Shown here: one piece after another, positions 15,413 to 20,000 of the stretch | Layout: each line of letters opens with the position of its first letter | How positions within the stretch are numbered: position 1 is the stretch's first letter | Origin: an uncultured virus (IMG/VR IMGVR_UViG_2061766007_000322) | Taxonomy: Duplodnaviria; Heunggongvirae; Uroviricota; Caudoviricetes | Length of the DNA: 20,000 nucleotides | Virus record (IMG/VR): IMGVR_UViG_2061766007_000322 | Reading direction: 5' to 3' (one strand) | Made by a program: the position numbers and the translations under genes | Notes under the pieces: generated by a model | What the model saw: the letters and a program-made list of their open reading frames with translations, nothing else | Told to the model about the DNA's origin: nothing | The model's database searches: none

Positions 15413-16252
15413 TTATTCGTTTGCGGATGACGCGAGTTTATCGTCTTTAATGTTAAGCTTACCAGCAATATCTGGTTTGAGTTCGACTATGTCTCTACCA
15501 TCTGGACCTTCTTTAATAACTACTCTAAGAAGTCCAAGGTTAACTTCAAGTTTCGGAACATCTCTGTCTTTTCTTACGAGCTTGCAAACAGTGATTGCAG
15601 CATCATAATAATTTATGAACATCGGAAAAACCGCCTCACTGTTTGAAACCGAAATATTTACTTTATTAAAGTAGTCTACTGCAAGTAAGCCCATTTGTCT
15701 TGTAAGTTCTGGCTGCTTCTTAGAAACACCGTCATCGATTTTGCTGATCAAATTATCTTTATTCCAATCAGCCAATCTTGTTAAGATTGTATCAGTCGGA
15801 TCAACAAAGGCATTTTTAACAGTTTCGCCGCCGATATGACGAAGATAAATCATGAAGTTACCGTTTTTTTCATCCTCATCATTAAGGTTTGAATTAAATG
15901 AAACAATAAACCTGTTCATGAAATTAACGGCAAAAGAACTGTAATTTGCTTCTTTTGATTTGAGCATTGCACATATGCTCTCAAAAGTTTTCAAGAAGAT
16001 AGCCGTGCTCAATGCCCAACTATCAATTTTAATCTTATATTTCTCATAGAGAGCTCTGTTAGCGGTATCTGCAATACTCTCTATAATATCAAAGTCCTCA
16101 CAAAGAGAGTCCTTCAAAAATACAACCCACGGTTCATTTTTTGCAAGAATTTTAACTTCACCACTGTCAAGCTCTACATCACCGCGGATATAACTTTCCC
16201 ACAGACCGTCTTTATTTTTCAAAAGATAGTCAAAATCGTTATTATTTGCCAT
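15413..16252 (-). CDS. Hypothetical protein (279 aa) with an apparent internal duplication
   Basis: Long ORF with SD-like AGGT upstream. Two similar helix-helix-strand segments (see findings). Confidence 0.82.
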   Translation of the reverse strand: MANNNDFDYLLKNKDGLWESYIRGDVELDSGEVKILAKNEPWVVFLKDSLCEDFDIIESIADTANRALYEKYKIKIDSWALSTAIFLKTFESICAMLKSKEANYSSFAVNFMNRFIVSFNSNLNDEDEKNGNFMIYLRHIGGETVKNAFVDPTDTILTRLADWNKDNLISKIDDGVSKKQPELTRQMGLLAVDYFNKVNISVSNSEAVFPMFINYYDAAITVCKLVRKDRDVPKLEVNLGLLRVVIKEGPDGRDIVELKPDIAGKLNIKDDKLASSANE

Positions 16253-16295
16253 AGAAAATTACCTACTTTCTTAAATTTTTAGAGTTATTTTCCTG

Positions 16296-16646
16296 TTATG
16301 CTATAGCTACTTTTTTATTACTAAGCATATTTTTCGTACTTGTGATTATATTCGGAAGATATTTTTTCAGTCCAGCAATAGGACTTCTCGAAATATTTCT
16401 ATACAGGATTTTATGTCCTCCATCATCACCACTTGTTACAAAGATGGAAAATATACCTTTCACAGTATCGTGTGCTGCCAAAATGAGTATTGATTTTTCA
16501 TCAAACTCATCAACAATTGATACTGTCATGGATAATGTGTCTCTATCAAGTTTTGTATTGACGACTATATTGTCATTATTCATGGTACTAACCATTGAAT
16601 CTATTTCATTAGACACATCTGCCATGCTGATGGCTTTCATCGTCAT
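16296..16646 (-). CDS. Hypothetical protein (116 aa)
   Basis: SD GGGGGTG upstream. Lies in an operon-like run between 17759 and 15413. Confidence 0.75.
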   Translation of the reverse strand: MTMKAISMADVSNEIDSMVSTMNNDNIVVNTKLDRDTLSMTVSIVDEFDEKSILILAAHDTVKGIFSIFVTSGDDGGHKILYRNISRSPIAGLKKYLPNIITSTKNMLSNKKVAIA

Positions 16647-16661
16647 ACTTTCACCCCCTAT

Positions 16662-17759
16662 CTATATTAATGAATACCAATTTCTTGATGCATCGCGTAT
16701 TATCTTTTGAACAGTGCCTGTATCACCGTGTTCATTTTCATTCAAAACTATATAACCAAGCGGTATATACAAGTGTTTCCCGCGTGTAGTTGCATATGAT
16801 GATACATTTAAAGAAAAGTCTGTAATCCTGAATGAATCGCCGTTACCAGTAATACAGTTCTCAACAATAAAACTTGGATCACCATTATTAAATAATACAA
16901 CAGTATCAGAATCTGCAGATACAGTCATATATCCAATACGGATTCGTTTATATTTTTCAATTCTGTATATTGGGATATGAACTTTTACAGAAACTATATT
17001 CTTAGCCGTATTATCTTTTGTTTGATGCTGCTGGGTGTATATATTTTTGACTATATTTGTAATAGTTTCCTTTGTATACTGATAAAACGACGAATATTTT
17101 TTTGCAGAATTATATACTCCGAATTCAATGACCGATTCATCAAGATCAATGAACAAGTAATTTCCGCAACCACTTGCTGAAAGCCCAGTCCGTATTTTTG
17201 TAATAGATAAGGTCGGGTTCATTATCGCAGCACGGGTATCATCAGATATATCCATGAGAGGCATGAACATATATGCCAATACTGGGTATATATCGACTTC
17301 TATTTTTTCGGACTTTGGTATCTTGTGAGTTCTTTCCATTAACTCACGGGTATCATGAACGAATTTACTATACGTTTCCAACAACTTATCCGGGATTAAA
17401 ACCGGAACGTCATCTTTCATAATAGTGTTTGCTTTGTTTAAGATTATAGCAGCACCATCAACCACTGATCTGTCATTTGACAGTATAACTGCTGTGTTAC
17501 AACCGTCGTTCATGATATTTCCATTAGAAACATCTATGGTTCTGCACCAAAGAGTTTCTTTCGGCGGTTCCATTCCGATAATGTTTTCAAGGCGTTCAAT
17601 GGTGTCTATTGACTCCGCTTTTTTTGTAAAGGTGTTTATACCCGCAATTGTCATGAGTTCATCGTTGCGTGATGCCATTTTCGTAACAGTTTTTCCAAGC
17701 TTTATTAATTCCTTTACGCGATCCTTTTTCTTTCCAGATGTTTTCTTTGTCTTTGCCAT
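16662..17759 (-). CDS. Hypothetical protein (365 aa) with a Lys-rich N-terminus
   Basis: SD AAAGGAG. First gene after the promoter motif at 17839-17848. No recognised family. Confidence 0.82.
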   Translation of the reverse strand: MAKTKKTSGKKKDRVKELIKLGKTVTKMASRNDELMTIAGINTFTKKAESIDTIERLENIIGMEPPKETLWCRTIDVSNGNIMNDGCNTAVILSNDRSVVDGAAIILNKANTIMKDDVPVLIPDKLLETYSKFVHDTRELMERTHKIPKSEKIEVDIYPVLAYMFMPLMDISDDTRAAIMNPTLSITKIRTGLSASGCGNYLFIDLDESVIEFGVYNSAKKYSSFYQYTKETITNIVKNIYTQQHQTKDNTAKNIVSVKVHIPIYRIEKYKRIRIGYMTVSADSDTVVLFNNGDPSFIVENCITGNGDSFRITDFSLNVSSYATTRGKHLYIPLGYIVLNENEHGDTGTVQKIIRDASRNWYSLI

Positions 17760-17838
17760 AATAACACGTCTCCTTTAATAAAAGTATTTTGTATTTGATT
17801 TTTGAGCACGATTTTCATAAGTACTCTAAATCATAAGA

Positions 17839-17848
17839 ATAATATATA
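17839..17848 (-). promoter_or_regulatory. Putative phage early promoter (TATATATTAT)
   Basis: Exact motif on the - strand 4 nt downstream of the ligase hairpin and upstream of ORF 17759. Confidence 0.7.
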
Positions 17849-17852
17849 ACTA

Positions 17853-17887
17853 AATGCCTAAGTGACTTTTTACATCACTTAGGCATT
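17853..17887 (-). terminator. Hairpin after the DNA ligase gene
   Basis: AATGCCTAAGTGA-ctttttaca-TCACTTAGGCATT, a perfect 13-bp stem 7 nt after the stop. Confidence 0.75.
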
Positions 17888-17894
17888 AATTATA

Positions 17895-19988
17895 TCACTT
17901 AAACGACGGATAGTTCTCGTTAATATAACTCTCACATTCATTAAGAGTTATGACAGGAATACCCCATTTTTGAGCTTTCTCCGTTTTGGATGATGTTACT
18001 CCTTTCATTGGTATAACCAAGAAGTCAACATCCTTTGTTAATGTGTCTGTAGCAAGACCACCTTTAACTGTAATAAAATCTGATAAATCATCATTCGGTC
18101 TTATCTTTGTGAAACACGCTTTGAATCTGGCTTTTTCTTTCTTAAATGAAACCAAATCAAGTATTTCTTCAAGTTCAAGAATAAGTTTTTCATTATCCTT
18201 TATACCATCGATGATTTTTATAGCAGTCTTTTCTTTGATACCCGGGATTTCTACTAATGTCTTAATGGCTTTTCCTTTATAATTAAAACATAAATCCATT
18301 AGTTCATCATATGTGATAATACCAAGTATCTTTTCAAAGATTTTCAGTCCGATACCTTCAATACCGATTGCAGAAAGAAATCTTGCTTCATTAACAGTCT
18401 TCTTATTTTCAATCTCATCTAAGATTAATTTTATAGACTGTTTTCCAAAACCTTCTAATTTACACAAGTCTTTTCTATGTTTTTCAAGCTTATATAAATC
18501 AGAAATTGATTTCAAGTACCCTTCATCGTACAATTGGTCGACTGTTGCATAACTAATACCATCGATAAGCATTTTTGTTATATAGTTCAGAATTCGACCT
18601 TTAATGATACACGGACATTTTTTATTTCTACAATAATATGAATTACCTGTTGCTGAAGTTACAACATCTAATGGTTCACCGCAATCTGGACAAGTTGTTG
18701 GTGTTTCAAATGGTTTGTTGCCGCTTCTTTTACAGTTTTCATCATTATTGTCAAATACAACATATGGGATTATATCATAAAGAACTTTTACTTTATCACA
18801 TTCAGCAAGTTTAAGTTCTTCAAATCTTGCCATTGACCCTAATGATATATTTTGTATTGTATTTCCTTTAAGGATAACCGGTTTAACTTCAAGAATGGGA
18901 TTAACTGAGCCAAATAATCCCATTTGAAATCTTATACCCGTGACTTTACTATAGTCGTGGACTTCAGTAAACTTAAAAGCAACTTCGAATTTCTGCTTTT
19001 CATTTTCACGGCCAAGCAAGTTTTGTATTTTTGGGTCTTTAATATAGATTACAGCTCCATCACATCTAAGTCCATTTACTTCTCTATGGTGCTCAGCAAA
19101 CTTTCTTATAGTTTCAATATCACCAAGTTTACAAGATATAAAATCTGTATTTAAAGCGTTTGGACTTAATTCTTGCAAGCTCTCTTTTCCATCTATCATA
19201 TAAGAAAGTCTAAGCTGCATTATTTTCAAGAACTTAACTCTGTCATCTTTTTCATCACTGTTCATAATGGATGAAACGATTGATCTACTGTTTTTATAGT
19301 TGGTTCCATAAATTTCATTATAAGTTCTAAGATCTTCGTTTGTCATCATTATTTCTGTCTTGACGCCATACTCATAGCGTGCGTTTTTTATAGGACCGGT
19401 AATAATATCCTCAAAGATATGTGTAACAATTTGGGCTTCGTTTGTTTCAGTAAACCCTCTGGTTAAAGCTCTTTGGAGTTTTCCTGTTTTATCGAATTCA
19501 AATATACAGCTTACACCGTCCCACTTTGGGAATACATAAATTTCTTCTTCCATAAGGTTTACGTGTTTGCCTGTTTTCTCATATATTTTTCTGCCAGAAG
19601 TCTCAATCCAATCTATCAAACTTCTTCTACTTTTATTAACAGCATTTTCTTTTTCATCTTCTGACAAATAATATATTTTATCCAAAGTTCCTCTAAGAGA
19701 CGGGTATCTATGATATCCTGTTTTCATATTAGATACAATTTCTGTTGAAATTTTCATTTCTTCCATCATATCTAATTTTTCAAATAAAATATCAAATTCT
19801 TCATCAGTTATTCCGGTATCTTCACCAGAATAGTTATAAACAGTCTGAGCATAATTAACTATTTTTGTTAAAAACTCAGCCTGTTCTTTTGTTAACGGTT
19901 CCTGCTGATGTAATACATCTTTGATAAATTTTTGAGTTTCTTTCTTTTTAAGAAATTTTTCTCTTTTTTTGATTTCAGAAGAACTCAT
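17895..19988 (-). CDS. ligA: NAD-dependent DNA ligase
   Basis: YNYSGEDTGITDEEFD (subdomain Ia), adenylation motif FPKWDGVS, ALTRG, CDGAVI, VAFKF, OB fold, Zn finger CPDCG...CRNKKC, HhH repeats (EGFGKQS, EGIG, PGIKEK) and a C-terminal BRCT (KAQKWGIPVI). Confidence 0.95.
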   Translation of the reverse strand: MSSSEIKKREKFLKKKETQKFIKDVLHQQEPLTKEQAEFLTKIVNYAQTVYNYSGEDTGITDEEFDILFEKLDMMEEMKISTEIVSNMKTGYHRYPSLRGTLDKIYYLSEDEKENAVNKSRRSLIDWIETSGRKIYEKTGKHVNLMEEEIYVFPKWDGVSCIFEFDKTGKLQRALTRGFTETNEAQIVTHIFEDIITGPIKNARYEYGVKTEIMMTNEDLRTYNEIYGTNYKNSRSIVSSIMNSDEKDDRVKFLKIMQLRLSYMIDGKESLQELSPNALNTDFISCKLGDIETIRKFAEHHREVNGLRCDGAVIYIKDPKIQNLLGRENEKQKFEVAFKFTEVHDYSKVTGIRFQMGLFGSVNPILEVKPVILKGNTIQNISLGSMARFEELKLAECDKVKVLYDIIPYVVFDNNDENCKRSGNKPFETPTTCPDCGEPLDVVTSATGNSYYCRNKKCPCIIKGRILNYITKMLIDGISYATVDQLYDEGYLKSISDLYKLEKHRKDLCKLEGFGKQSIKLILDEIENKKTVNEARFLSAIGIEGIGLKIFEKILGIITYDELMDLCFNYKGKAIKTLVEIPGIKEKTAIKIIDGIKDNEKLILELEEILDLVSFKKEKARFKACFTKIRPNDDLSDFITVKGGLATDTLTKDVDFLVIPMKGVTSSKTEKAQKWGIPVITLNECESYINENYPSFK

Positions 19989-20000
19989 TTTATCATCTCC

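Noticed and set aside
9155..19664. Short + strand ORFs opposite the - strand gene block (e.g. 9155-9517, 9828-10253, 14504-14824, 16342-16710, 17425-17778, 17986-18282)
   Set aside because: They are fully or largely antisense to well-supported genes, have atypical composition and lack SD sites.
3266..19988. Stop-codon reassignment (alternative genetic code), or introns/inteins in core genes
   Set aside because: Primase, helicase, RNAP subunit and ligase read through intact in code 11. TAA, TAG and TGA all end genes at sensible positions, and there are no intein or homing-endonuclease motifs.
1..20000. Uracil-substituted DNA or a phage nucleus, by analogy to AR9/PBS1 or phiKZ
   Set aside because: No diagnostic gene (UNG inhibitor, chimallin, PhuZ) is recognisable in this window, so neither can be inferred from sequence here.

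Overview
AT-rich, densely coding segment that looks like a phiKZ/AR9(PBS1)-like jumbo phage genome, probably infecting a Firmicute (inferred from strong Shine-Dalgarno sites and SH3b/SPOR/glucosaminidase-type cell-wall proteins). Core genes are a T4 gp61-type DNA primase, an SF2 (UvsW-like) helicase, a guanylate-kinase-like NMP kinase, a calcineurin-like phosphoesterase, a split RNA polymerase beta subunit (N-terminal half only) and an NAD-dependent DNA ligase. An exact 10-mer, TATATATTAT, occurs four times in gene-sense orientation just downstream of terminator-like hairpins and resembles phiKZ/AR9 early promoters. The most unusual part is 1-3245: at least three tandem paralogous genes for signal-less, Cys-rich BspA-type (LRR_5) leucine-rich-repeat proteins. 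They are built from 69-nt modules with a fixed framework, hypervariable positions, shared N/C caps and a variable module number, and each is followed by a homologous terminator whose loop is inverted in one copy. This could be a recombination-diversified binder repertoire. Also notable are an apparently catalytically dead glucosaminidase-SH3-SPOR protein and a GC-rich structured leader at 4958-5070. All family calls come from motif recognition by eye, with no database searches.
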